NCBI GenBank assembly: GCA_963716255.1 | Contig: OY970303.1 | Location: forward strand, 4,224,001-4,288,000 | Source: an uncultured Gemmatimonadales bacterium | GTDB taxonomy: Bacteria; Gemmatimonadota; Gemmatimonadetes; Longimicrobiales; Longimicrobiaceae | DNA length: 64,000 nt | Direction: 5' to 3' | In this document: in pieces, positions 38,379-46,620 of the stretch | Layout of the letters: each line of letters begins with the position of its first letter | Numbering within the stretch: position 1 is the first letter of the stretch | Notes under the pieces: model-generated | What the model saw: only the letters and a program-made list of their open reading frames with translations | Database searches by the model: none | What the model was told of the DNA's origin: nothing | Program-made: the position numbers and the translations under genes

Positions 38379-40730
38379 ATGCCACGCCGCCTCCCCTCCG
38401 GCGCGACGCAGCTGTCCGCGTTCCTGCTCGCCCTCGCCGCCGCGTCGCCCGCGGCGGCCCAGGACGCGCGCCAGGCCGCCCCGCGCGCCGCGGCCGCGCC
38501 CTTCGACCTGTCGGTCGCCAGCATCATGCGCGGCGAGCTGCTCACGGGCCGCTCCCCCAACGAGGTGCGCTGGTCCGAGGACGGGCGCTGGCTGTACTTC
38601 CGCTGGCGCCAGCCGGAGACCCAGGACACCACCACCTCCGTGTACCGGGTGGCCGTGGGCCGCGGCACCCCCGAGCGGCTGGCCGACTCCGTCGCCGACC
38701 GCGTCGCCCCGGCCCTGTCGGGTGACTGGGACGCGGCCCGGCGGCGGCGCGCCTTCGTGCGCGGCGGCGACGTGTACGTGGCCGAGGTGGGCGGACGCGA
38801 GCGGCGCGTCACGGAGACCCCGGTCGCCGAGCGCTCCGCGCAGCTGTCGGGCGACGGGCGCACGGTCTTCTTCCTTTCCGGGAGCAACCTGTTCGCCACG
38901 GCGACCGAGGGCGGACCCATCCGCCAGCTCACCGACGTCCGCGCCGAGGCCGCGCCGGCCAGGCGGGACACCGTGGGGCAGCGGGGAATGCTGGAGCGCG
39001 ACCAGCGCGAGCTGCTGGAGGTGATCCGCGACCGCATCGAGGAGCGCGAGCACCGCGAGGCGCTGGACTCCGTCCGCACGCCCGTCCGCCCGCTATACAT
39101 CGGCAGGAACGCCACCGTGGCGAGCATGGACGTGTCCCCCACCGGCCGCTTCCTCCTGCTCGCGGTGAACGACCGCGCCGAGGAGAAGCAGACCCTGGTC
39201 CCCAACTTCATCACCGAGAGCGGCTACACCGAGCCCCTCAACGTGCGCGCCAAGGTGGGCGACGTGCAGGCCGGGCAGCGCATGGCGATGGTGGACCTGC
39301 GCACCGGCACGCCCACCTGGCTCCAGGCCGAGGCCCGGGATCGCAGGGTGACGCTTGCCTCCGCGGGGTGGGCGCCGCGCGAGGACCGCGCGATCCTGGT
39401 GGGCCTCCCCTCCGACTACAAGGACCGCTGGCTCTACACCCTGGGCGCGGACGCGAAGCTGACGCCGGTGGACCACCTGCGCGACACGGCGTGGGTGGGC
39501 GGCCCGGGGCTCTTCACCGCCGGGTGGCTCCCCGACGGGCGGGTGTACTTCGTTTCCGAGCGCACCGGCTACGCGCACCTGTACACGGTGGCGTCCACGG
39601 GCGGGGAGGCCACCCCGGTCACCTCCGGCGATTGGGAGGTGACGGACGTGCAGCTCGCCCCGGACGGGCGGACCTTCTGGCTGACCACCGGCGAGACCCA
39701 CCCCGGCGAGCGCAACCTGTACGCGGTGTCCGTGAAAGGCGGGCGCCGCACGCGCGTCACCGCGCAGGACGGGTGGAACGAGTCGGTGGTGTCGCCGGAC
39801 GGGCGCTGGGTGGCGGTGCTGCACTCCACGGCCGACCGCCCCGCCGACCTGTTCCTGATTCCCAACCGCGCCGGCGCCCGGGCGGAGCGCGTCACCGAGT
39901 CCACCACCGCCGAGTTCCGCGCCGGGCCCTGGATCCGGCCGGAGGTGGTCACCTTCCCCGCGCAGGACGGCCGACAGGTGTACGCCCGCGTCTACCGCCC
40001 GCGCGAGCTGGGGGCGCAGCCCAACGGCGCCGCGGTGCTCTTCGTCCACGGCGCAGGGTACCTCCAGAACGCGCACCGCGGGTGGAGCAGCAGCTACTTC
40101 CGCGAGTACATGTTCAACCACCTGCTCGCCGCGCGGGGCTACACGGTGCTGGACCTGGACTACCGCGGCTCCGCCGGGTACGGCGCGGCGTGGCGCACCG
40201 GCATCTACCGGCACATGGGCGGCAAGGACCTGAGCGACCACGTGGACGGCGTCCGCTGGCTGGTGGCGAACGAGGGGGTGGACGCGAAGCGGGTGGGGCT
40301 GTACGGCGGGTCGTACGGCGGCTTCATCACGCTGATGGGGCTGTTCACCGAGCCGGACGTGTTCCGCTCGGGAGCCGCGCTGCGCACCGTGACCGACTGG
40401 GCGCACTACAACCACCCGTACACGGCCCGCATCCTCAACCAGCCGCAGGACGACCCCGAGGCGTACCGCCGCTCGTCGCCCATCTACTTCGCCGAGGGTC
40501 TCCGCGGCGACCTGCTGATGGCGCACGGCATGGTGGACACCAACGTGCACTTCCAGGACGTGGTGCGGCTGTCGCAGCGGCTGATCGAGCTGGGAAAGAC
40601 CCACTGGGAGCTGGCCGTGTACCCGGTGGAGGACCACTCCTTCGTCCGCGCGGACTCGTGGACCGACGAGTACCGCCGCGTCCTGGAGCTGTTCGAGCGC
40701 ACCCTGCGCTCGGACTCGCCGGCGCGGTAG
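38379..40730 (+). CDS. S9 family (DPP IV-like) prolyl oligopeptidase, secreted
   Basis: Signal peptide AAAQ, beta-propeller, HGAGY, GGSYGG nucleophile, HGMVDTNV, YPVEDH. Confidence 0.92.
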   Translation: MPRRLPSGATQLSAFLLALAAASPAAAQDARQAAPRAAAAPFDLSVASIMRGELLTGRSPNEVRWSEDGRWLYFRWRQPETQDTTTSVYRVAVGRGTPERLADSVADRVAPALSGDWDAARRRRAFVRGGDVYVAEVGGRERRVTETPVAERSAQLSGDGRTVFFLSGSNLFATATEGGPIRQLTDVRAEAAPARRDTVGQRGMLERDQRELLEVIRDRIEEREHREALDSVRTPVRPLYIGRNATVASMDVSPTGRFLLLAVNDRAEEKQTLVPNFITESGYTEPLNVRAKVGDVQAGQRMAMVDLRTGTPTWLQAEARDRRVTLASAGWAPREDRAILVGLPSDYKDRWLYTLGADAKLTPVDHLRDTAWVGGPGLFTAGWLPDGRVYFVSERTGYAHLYTVASTGGEATPVTSGDWEVTDVQLAPDGRTFWLTTGETHPGERNLYAVSVKGGRRTRVTAQDGWNESVVSPDGRWVAVLHSTADRPADLFLIPNRAGARAERVTESTTAEFRAGPWIRPEVVTFPAQDGRQVYARVYRPRELGAQPNGAAVLFVHGAGYLQNAHRGWSSSYFREYMFNHLLAARGYTVLDLDYRGSAGYGAAWRTGIYRHMGGKDLSDHVDGVRWLVANEGVDAKRVGLYGGSYGGFITLMGLFTEPDVFRSGAALRTVTDWAHYNHPYTARILNQPQDDPEAYRRSSPIYFAEGLRGDLLMAHGMVDTNVHFQDVVRLSQRLIELGKTHWELAVYPVEDHSFVRADSWTDEYRRVLELFERTLRSDSPAR

Positions 40731-40770
40731 CGGCGGCGGGCCGCGGGGCGGGATCGCCCCCGTGACCGCG

Positions 40771-40797
40771 AAGGGCCGGCCGCGTGGCCGGCCCTTT
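40771..40797 (+). terminator. Probable intrinsic terminator
   Basis: aagggccggcc-gcgt-ggccggcccttt. Confidence 0.55.
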
Positions 40798-41004
40798 GCA
40801 TTGCCGCGACGGTCTCCCCTGCGCGCCCCCTCCCGGCGCCACGCCGCCGTACGTTTGTATCCCCTGTTTTCCTATAGATTTAAGCTGGCGGATACGGACT
40901 CCGTCCTGGCCCGTGCCTTGCAAGTGGGGCTCCCCACAAAGGTGGAACCCGCAGCGGACAGGACCCGGCGTCCGCTGGCCCCATAGATGACCAGGAGGAG
41001 CACC

Positions 41005-41301
41005 ATGAACCGGATCCGCAATCTGACCGAGACGTCGCTCCCGCAGCCCAAGGGGCCGTTCACGGACGCCGAGGCGCTGGAGCTGCTCATGGCCTACCGG
41101 AAGGACCCCTCCAACGTCCCGTGCCCGCGCTGCGGCCCGGAGCAGATCGAGGTCCTGGCCTTCATCGAGCCGGAGATCGACCCCAACGGGTTCGCCTCCG
41201 TGACCGATCCCGAAGGCGAGTACGCGGCCGCGCTGTACTGCCACACCTGCTGCCGCGCGGTGGGGATCCTGGCCGGCGCCACGCACGACTCGGAGGCGTG
41301 A
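41005..41301 (+). CDS. Small Cys-rich putative Zn-binding protein
   Basis: RBS aggagg; CPRC ... CHTCC. Confidence 0.7.
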   Translation: MNRIRNLTETSLPQPKGPFTDAEALELLMAYRKDPSNVPCPRCGPEQIEVLAFIEPEIDPNGFASVTDPEGEYAAALYCHTCCRAVGILAGATHDSEA

Positions 41302-41409
41302 GCCGGCCGCTTCCTCCACGGTCGCTGCGGGGTCCGGGGTTCAGGCACGAGGGGGAGACGGGGGCGGAAGCCACCGTCTCCTGCTTTTTACGGATGAACT
41401 GCTATTGAA

Positions 41410-41552
41410 GGGCGGGGTTCGGGCGTGCCCCCGGCTGGCGCCGGGGTCGGGCTTCGGCTCCGTAGGGCTGCAAACAACGCAGCCCAACGAAGTCGAGCCC
41501 CCGCGAAACTGCCCGCGGGGTCTCGCCCCTTCGGGCCGAAATCCCTCACGCG
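41410..41552 (+). repeat. Family-1 structured repeat, copy 4 (intact reference copy)
   Basis: gggcggggttcgggcgtgcccccggctggcgccggggtcgggcttcggctccgtagggctgcaaacaacgcagcccaacg...tctcgccccttcgggccgaaatccctcacgcg. Confidence 0.92.
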
Positions 41553-41583
41553 GGGGTGGTGCTGCGTCCGCCGGGCGGGCGCG

Positions 41584-41991
41584 TCAGCCCACGCTCTCGC
41601 CGTTGAGCTCCACGGTGCCGGGGAGCAGGGTGTCGCGCACCGTCTGCACCAGCACGTGCGGGTCGAACGGCTTGGGGACGAAGGCGGCGGGCGCCACCTC
41701 CAGCCCGTACGAGGCGTCGGGGTCGTGCAGGATCCCCGAGGCCAGCAGCACCGGGATGGCGGGGTGGCGGCGCGACATCTCCCAGATCAGCTCGCGCCCG
41801 CCCATGCGCGGCATCACCGCGTCGGACACCACCAGGTCCACGCCTCCGCCGTGGCGGTCCAGGATCTCCAGCGCCTCCAGCCCGTCGGCGGCCTGGATCA
41901 CCAGGTAGCCCTCGCTCGCCAGCGCGGCGCGGCACACGTCGCGTATCTCGGGCTCGTCGTCCACGACGAGAATGGTGGGCTGCTTGGTCAT
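41584..41991 (-). CDS. Stand-alone response regulator receiver
   Basis: ILVVDDE, DLVVSDAVMPRMGG, SG, KPF. Confidence 0.9.
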   Translation of the reverse strand: MTKQPTILVVDDEPEIRDVCRAALASEGYLVIQAADGLEALEILDRHGGGVDLVVSDAVMPRMGGRELIWEMSRRHPAIPVLLASGILHDPDASYGLEVAPAAFVPKPFDPHVLVQTVRDTLLPGTVELNGESVG

Positions 41992-42228
41992 CTACGTGCT
42001 CTCGTGCGGGGATCGCGGCGCGCCGAAAGGTACGGGTCCAGCGGTCACCCTGCGGAACAGGCAAGAAGCACACCCGGTGGGGGGGGCGCCTCCGTGCGCC
42101 CCCAGCTGGGGTCCGGCGGCGCCGGCGTGTCGCTCCGCGTCCGCTGATCCCAGGCCCCTTGTCTGCGGCCGCCGCGCCGGTTCCATTGCGGGGATGAGCC
42201 CGAGCCCCCGCCTCCGGTAAGCGCCGCC

Positions 42229-42489
42229 GTGCGCCGCGACCCCCGTGCCGGGCCCGCCGTCCCCCGCCGCATCGCCGGCTTCCACCCGGACGGCGAGGGC
42301 CACTGGGTGGCCGACCTGGAGTGCGGCCACACGCAGCACGTCCGCCACGACCCGCCCTGGCAGGTGCGCCCCTGGGTGCTGACCCCGGAGGGACGCGCCG
42401 GCTTCCTGGGCCGGATGCTGGAGTGCCCCGCGTGCGCCGCCGGAGACCCCGCCGCGCCGTCCCCGCCGACCCCCGGAGACCCGCCGTGA
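42229..42489 (+). CDS. DUF3565 domain protein
   Basis: I.GFH.D.EGHWVADLECGHTQHVRHDPPW..RPWV...C..C. Confidence 0.8.
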   Translation: MRRDPRAGPAVPRRIAGFHPDGEGHWVADLECGHTQHVRHDPPWQVRPWVLTPEGRAGFLGRMLECPACAAGDPAAPSPPTPGDPP

Positions 42490-42764
42490 AGCTGCTCTAC
42501 TTCCGCGCCGACTGGTGCGGCGTCTGCCACGCCAAGGCGCCGGTGGCCGGGGAGATCGCCCGCGCACACGGGCTGCCGCTGGAGGTGTTCGACGTGGACG
42601 AAGAGGCCGGCCGCGCGGCGTTCGCGGCGCGCCGCATCCGCGGCGTCCCCACGCTGGCGCTGGCCGACGGGGAGCGCGTGCGCTTCCGCCTGGTGGGGAG
42701 CATGATCACCCCCGGGAACGTGGCGCAGCTCCTCGCCCGCATCCCGCCGCGGGACGGCGCCTGA
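42486..42764 (+). CDS. Thioredoxin family protein
   Basis: ADWCGVC, GVPT; GTG start overlapping upstream stop. Confidence 0.82.
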   Translation: MKLLYFRADWCGVCHAKAPVAGEIARAHGLPLEVFDVDEEAGRAAFAARRIRGVPTLALADGERVRFRLVGSMITPGNVAQLLARIPPRDGA

Positions 42765-43636
42765 TGGGCTTCATCGTCGCGGCGCGGCGGGCGGCGGATC
42801 CCGCGCGCCCCCTCGGCAGCCGGTTCATGGCCCTGCTCTGGTGCATCGAGTCGTACGGGTGGCTCACGCGCGGTAGCTTCAACGCGATCTTGGAGCGCCT
42901 GGGGGGGCTGCACGGCTTCGGCCGGCGCCCCGGGCCCGACGCGGAGCAGCTCGAGGCCGCCCTGCGGACGCTGATCGCCGACCGCGAGCGCTTCCTTCAG
43001 GGCGCGGATGAGCTCGCCCGCCGCCGCCGCGCGGAAAAGGCCGCGGGCCTGCGCGTTCCCCGCAGGGGCGCGGTGGAGGCGCTGTACGCGTCGGCCGATC
43101 CGGACGCGCTCCCGCCGCCGGGCGCGGACCCCGACCCGGTGCTCCGCCGCGTCGATGCGGCGATGGAGCGGATCCGGCGGGGGCTGCGGCGGACGGAGGC
43201 GGCACGGACGCTCCACGCGGCGACGGAGCTGAAGCTGTGGGACTACCTGTGGATCGAGGCGCCGCCGCCGGGGGAGACGGGCCCCGCCGCGGTGCTCGCC
43301 GTGGTGGGGAGCACCGACCTGGACTACTACCAGCTCGCGCGGCTGCGCTTTCGCGGGGTGCGCCACTCCACCTGCCCCCGCTACTTCCACCACCCGGTCT
43401 TCAGCATGGCCCCCGCCGCCATGGAGCGGCGCCTGCGCGCCGAGCTCGGCTTCGGCCCGGAGTGCTTCGCTGTGGAGGTGAGGGTGGAAGCGGACTCGCC
43501 GCTGGAGGAGCGCTTCGTGGTGGTGGCGGAGGGGGTGGAGCTGGAGCTGCCCGCCCCCGGCGAGACCAAGCTGCGGACCCTCTACGAGCCGGCGAACCCC
43601 GCGCACATGGGGTGGTGGGGGTGGGACTACGGCTGA
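42764..43636 (+). CDS. Hypothetical protein
   Basis: TGATG coupling with thioredoxin; high-GC3 frame. Confidence 0.6.
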   Translation: MGFIVAARRAADPARPLGSRFMALLWCIESYGWLTRGSFNAILERLGGLHGFGRRPGPDAEQLEAALRTLIADRERFLQGADELARRRRAEKAAGLRVPRRGAVEALYASADPDALPPPGADPDPVLRRVDAAMERIRRGLRRTEAARTLHAATELKLWDYLWIEAPPPGETGPAAVLAVVGSTDLDYYQLARLRFRGVRHSTCPRYFHHPVFSMAPAAMERRLRAELGFGPECFAVEVRVEADSPLEERFVVVAEGVELELPAPGETKLRTLYEPANPAHMGWWGWDYG

Positions 43637-43676
43637 CACGGGAGCGGCGTGCGCCACGCCGCCGGCAGGCCGCTCG

Positions 43677-43716
43677 CGGACGCCAGCCCGACCCCGGCGC
43701 AGCCGGGGGCACGCCC
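43677..43716 (-). repeat. Family-1 repeat, internally deleted copy 5
   Basis: gcggacgccagc flank fused directly to ccgaccccggcgcagccgggggcacgccc. Confidence 0.7.
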
Positions 43717-43776
43717 CAAAACCCTCCGCTCGGTCCGTCGCAGCCGGACCCCTCACGACCCGGAACAGGAGCCGCC

Positions 43777-44082
43777 ATGTCCATCCCCCAGGAGCTGGCC
43801 CGCAAGCTCTCCGCCGCGCACGAGGAAGCCCTGCGCGTGGGCGACAGCCCGCTGCGCGCCGACCAGCTCGCCGACCGCCTGTCCCACCTGGCCCGCGAGA
43901 TCGCGGCGTCCGACGCGCCCGAGGAGACGCGCACCCGGGTGCGGGCCGCGCTCGCCGACGCGGAGCGCGTGCTCCGCCGCGACGACGACGGCCGCGAGGC
44001 CGCCCGCCACCTCCAGTCCGCTCTGAAGCTCACGGAGCAGCGCACGCGAAAGCCCTCGCCGTTCCTGGACGACGAGGACTGA
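43777..44082 (+). CDS. Small helical hypothetical protein
   Basis: RBS aggag, MSIPQELARK. Confidence 0.65.
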   Translation: MSIPQELARKLSAAHEEALRVGDSPLRADQLADRLSHLAREIAASDAPEETRTRVRAALADAERVLRRDDDGREAARHLQSALKLTEQRTRKPSPFLDDED

Positions 44083-44100
44083 CCCGCGAAGGGGGGCCGG

Positions 44101-44160
44101 CGGCCCTCACCCGGCTCGCTTGAGGCTCGCCACCCTCTCCCAATTCTGGGAGAGGGGGCC
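44101..44160 (-). repeat. Family-3 REP-like repeat (reverse copy of 6159-6219)
   Basis: Near-identical reverse complement. Confidence 0.8.
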
Positions 44161-44197
44161 GGGGGGAGGGGGCCCCAGCGGACGCCAGCTCGGCCCC

Positions 44198-44328
44198 CGC
44201 GTGAGGGATTTCGGCCCGAAGGGGCGAGACCGCGCGGCTGTTTGCGCGGGCTCGACTCCGTTAGCCCGCGTTGTTTGCTCGCTTACGGAGCCGAAGCCCG
44301 ACCCCGGCGCCAGCCGGGGGCACGCCCG
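44198..44328 (-). repeat. Family-1 structured repeat, copy 6
   Basis: Reverse complement of consensus; apical stem agcgagc/gcgggct. Confidence 0.9.
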
Positions 44329-44361
44329 GATCCTGCCGTGAAAGCCGTCGATCCGGAACCG

Positions 44362-45417
44362 TCAGGAGCCCGCCAGGGTGAACGTGTAGATGTCGGCGCT
44401 GGTGACGGCGCTCCGGTTGTCGTGCCACACGATGCGGCCGCCGCTGATGGCCGGCTGGATCTGGTTGCCGCTGCTCGTGGTCACGCGGTGCTCCGTGCCG
44501 GTGGCGATGTCGTAGGCGTAGATGTCGGAATGGCCGTTCCGCTCGTCCTCCCACACGATCACGTTCCCCGAGACGTCCGGGTTGCGCTGCGCGGCCGGGC
44601 TGCGGGTGATCCGCGTCTCCACCCCGGTGGCCGGGTCGTACATGTAGATGTCGTAGTTGCCGTTGCGGACGTCCTCGTACACCACGCGGGCGCCGTCCGT
44701 GGCGGGGTTGGACTGGCCGGCCGTGCTGGTGGTGGCCTGGACGGCCGGCCCCGGGATCCCGCCGGCCACGCTGCGCATCATGATGTTGGCGTCGGCCGAG
44801 CCGCCGCGGCTCTCCTGCCACACCACCAGGTCCCCGCCGATGTCCGGGTCGTGGGAGGTGGCGCCGTCCGCGGCGATCGCGACCTCCGCGCCGAGGTCGA
44901 AGTCCCACATGTACACGTCGTGGTTGCTGTTGCGGTTGCTGCCGTAGACCACGCGGTGCCCGGAGATGCGCGGCCAGCTTTCCGTCCCGGCGCCGCCCAC
45001 CTGCGGCTGGAACTCCACCCCGGTGCGCAGGTCCAGCGCGCGGATCTTGACCCCGGTGCCGCGCCAGTCCTCCCACACCACGAAGTCCTGCGACACGGCC
45101 GGGTGCTGCTGCGTGTCGGAGTCGGTGGTGATGCGCGTTTCCACGCCGGTGCCCACGTCGCGCAGGTAGACGTCGTAGCTGCCGTTGCGGTTGTCGCCGA
45201 ACGCCACCCGCGAGCCGTCCACGGCCGGGTGGAACTGGATGCCGGCCTGGGCGATCACCGGCGACTCGGCTCCGCCGGCGAGGAGCGACAGGACCGGGGC
45301 GGCGGCTTCGGCCAGGGCGTCCATCGGCATGGGCTCGTCGGTGCACGCGCCGACGGCGAGGCCCACCAGGGTCGCCATCGCGAAGCGGCCGGTGCGGGTG
45401 GCGAGGATGCGGCTCAT
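44362..45417 (-). CDS. Seven-bladed beta-propeller lipoprotein (TolB-like / methanogen-type beta-propeller repeat)
   Basis: Lipobox VGAC; seven ~39-aa repeats P.I.G..VVW.D.RNG..DIY.YD..TG.E.RIT. Confidence 0.82.
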   Translation of the reverse strand: MSRILATRTGRFAMATLVGLAVGACTDEPMPMDALAEAAAPVLSLLAGGAESPVIAQAGIQFHPAVDGSRVAFGDNRNGSYDVYLRDVGTGVETRITTDSDTQQHPAVSQDFVVWEDWRGTGVKIRALDLRTGVEFQPQVGGAGTESWPRISGHRVVYGSNRNSNHDVYMWDFDLGAEVAIAADGATSHDPDIGGDLVVWQESRGGSADANIMMRSVAGGIPGPAVQATTSTAGQSNPATDGARVVYEDVRNGNYDIYMYDPATGVETRITRSPAAQRNPDVSGNVIVWEDERNGHSDIYAYDIATGTEHRVTTSSGNQIQPAISGGRIVWHDNRSAVTSADIYTFTLAGS

Positions 45418-45636
45418 GGCTCTATCTCCTGCGAAAAGGGTCGTCGGTTTCGGGGCGCGGGGGGCCGTCCCGCCGCGCGAGGTACAGGATACGCGGCGTC
45501 CACCCCGCCCTCATGGTTCGGTTGACCCATCTTTTCGCGGGCGGGGCGGTCGCCCCGTGACGCCCGCCGCCGGGACGCCGTCTCTCCGCTGGCAGGCCGC
45601 CCCGCCGGCACCTTCCCTCCCGCACCCGCTCCGGAC

Positions 45637-46275
45637 ATGCTCCGCCACGCCGCGCTCCTCCCGTTCTGCCTGCTCCTCGCCCTCCCCGCCACCGTCCGCG
45701 CGCAGGGAGGGGCGCGGCTCGTCCCCTACGCCGGCGCCACGGTGGGCGGCGCGTCGCTGCCCCGCGCCTTCCAGGCGTGCCCGCCCGGCACCCGCGCCGC
45801 CGCGGACGCGCGCCTGGGCGTGGCGCTGGGGGCCGTGGCGCTGGAGGCGCGCTTCGCCGCGCTCGCCGACGTGGGGACCATGGCGTGCCTGGACGCGCTG
45901 GCGGACCCCGCGCTCCTGCCGGACGGCGTGCACGCCACGACCCACTACCCGTTCCGGGGGAGCCCCGACCACCTGGCCGGCGACCTCCGGCTGCGCCTGG
46001 GCGGCACGCGCGCGCTGCCGCTGGCGGTGTCGGGGGGCGGCGGGTGGCTCCGCTCGCCGGGCGTGCCGTACCTGCTGGCCGCGGCGGGAGTGCGCCTGGG
46101 CGGACGCGTGCGGCTGGCGGTGGACGCGGAGCGGAGCTGGTACCGGGTGGAGCGGACCGCGTACACCGCCGAGTACAGGAACGGGCAGGTGGCGCGCCGG
46201 ATCTCCAGCGAGGAGCAGGTGGCGTGGCCGGGTGGGACCGGGGTGCGTGCGGGGGTGGAGCTCGCCTTCCGCTAG
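45637..46275 (+). CDS. Secreted hypothetical protein, possible small outer-membrane beta-barrel
   Basis: Signal peptide VRAQ; alternating strands; C-terminal GVELAFR. Confidence 0.6.
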   Translation: MLRHAALLPFCLLLALPATVRAQGGARLVPYAGATVGGASLPRAFQACPPGTRAAADARLGVALGAVALEARFAALADVGTMACLDALADPALLPDGVHATTHYPFRGSPDHLAGDLRLRLGGTRALPLAVSGGGGWLRSPGVPYLLAAAGVRLGGRVRLAVDAERSWYRVERTAYTAEYRNGQVARRISSEEQVAWPGGTGVRAGVELAFR

Positions 46276-46338
46276 CGCCGGTCCGGCGGCATGGGCGGCG
46301 GGGCCCGGAGCGTGGAACGGCAATACGAAGTACGCGAA

Positions 46339-46534
46339 GGCGCCCCCGCCGGGATCCATCGGTGGGGGCGCCGTTCGCTTTTCCCGCAGTATCCACATGA
46401 ATCCGTTCTGAGGGAGACTCGCCGGCGGTTTGGCGAGGCTCCCTCCGGCGCAGGGAGACACGGGGCAGTTTCCCGGGGCTCCCGGAGCCCGCGCAGGAGA
46501 CGGACGGCAGTATCGTCCGGCTCCGTAGCGGCCC
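46339..46534 (-). repeat. Family-2 modular hairpin repeat, copy C (three units plus terminal hairpin)
   Basis: Reverse complement matches 52171-52372 throughout. Confidence 0.85.
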
Positions 46535-46620
46535 GCCACCGCCGCGAAGAGCGCAATCCCCCGCCGCACCGTATATTGGTGCCCCGCAGCCCCCAGCCGA
46601 CCCCGAATCCGGACCACTCC

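Noticed and set aside
41410..41552. Family-1 repeat as tRNA, known ribozyme (HDV/hammerhead) or group II intron remnant
   Set aside because: No cloverleaf/T-loop/CCA, no CUGAUGA-GAAA core, no convincing HDV pseudoknot or domain V motif by eye; needs Infernal to exclude formally.
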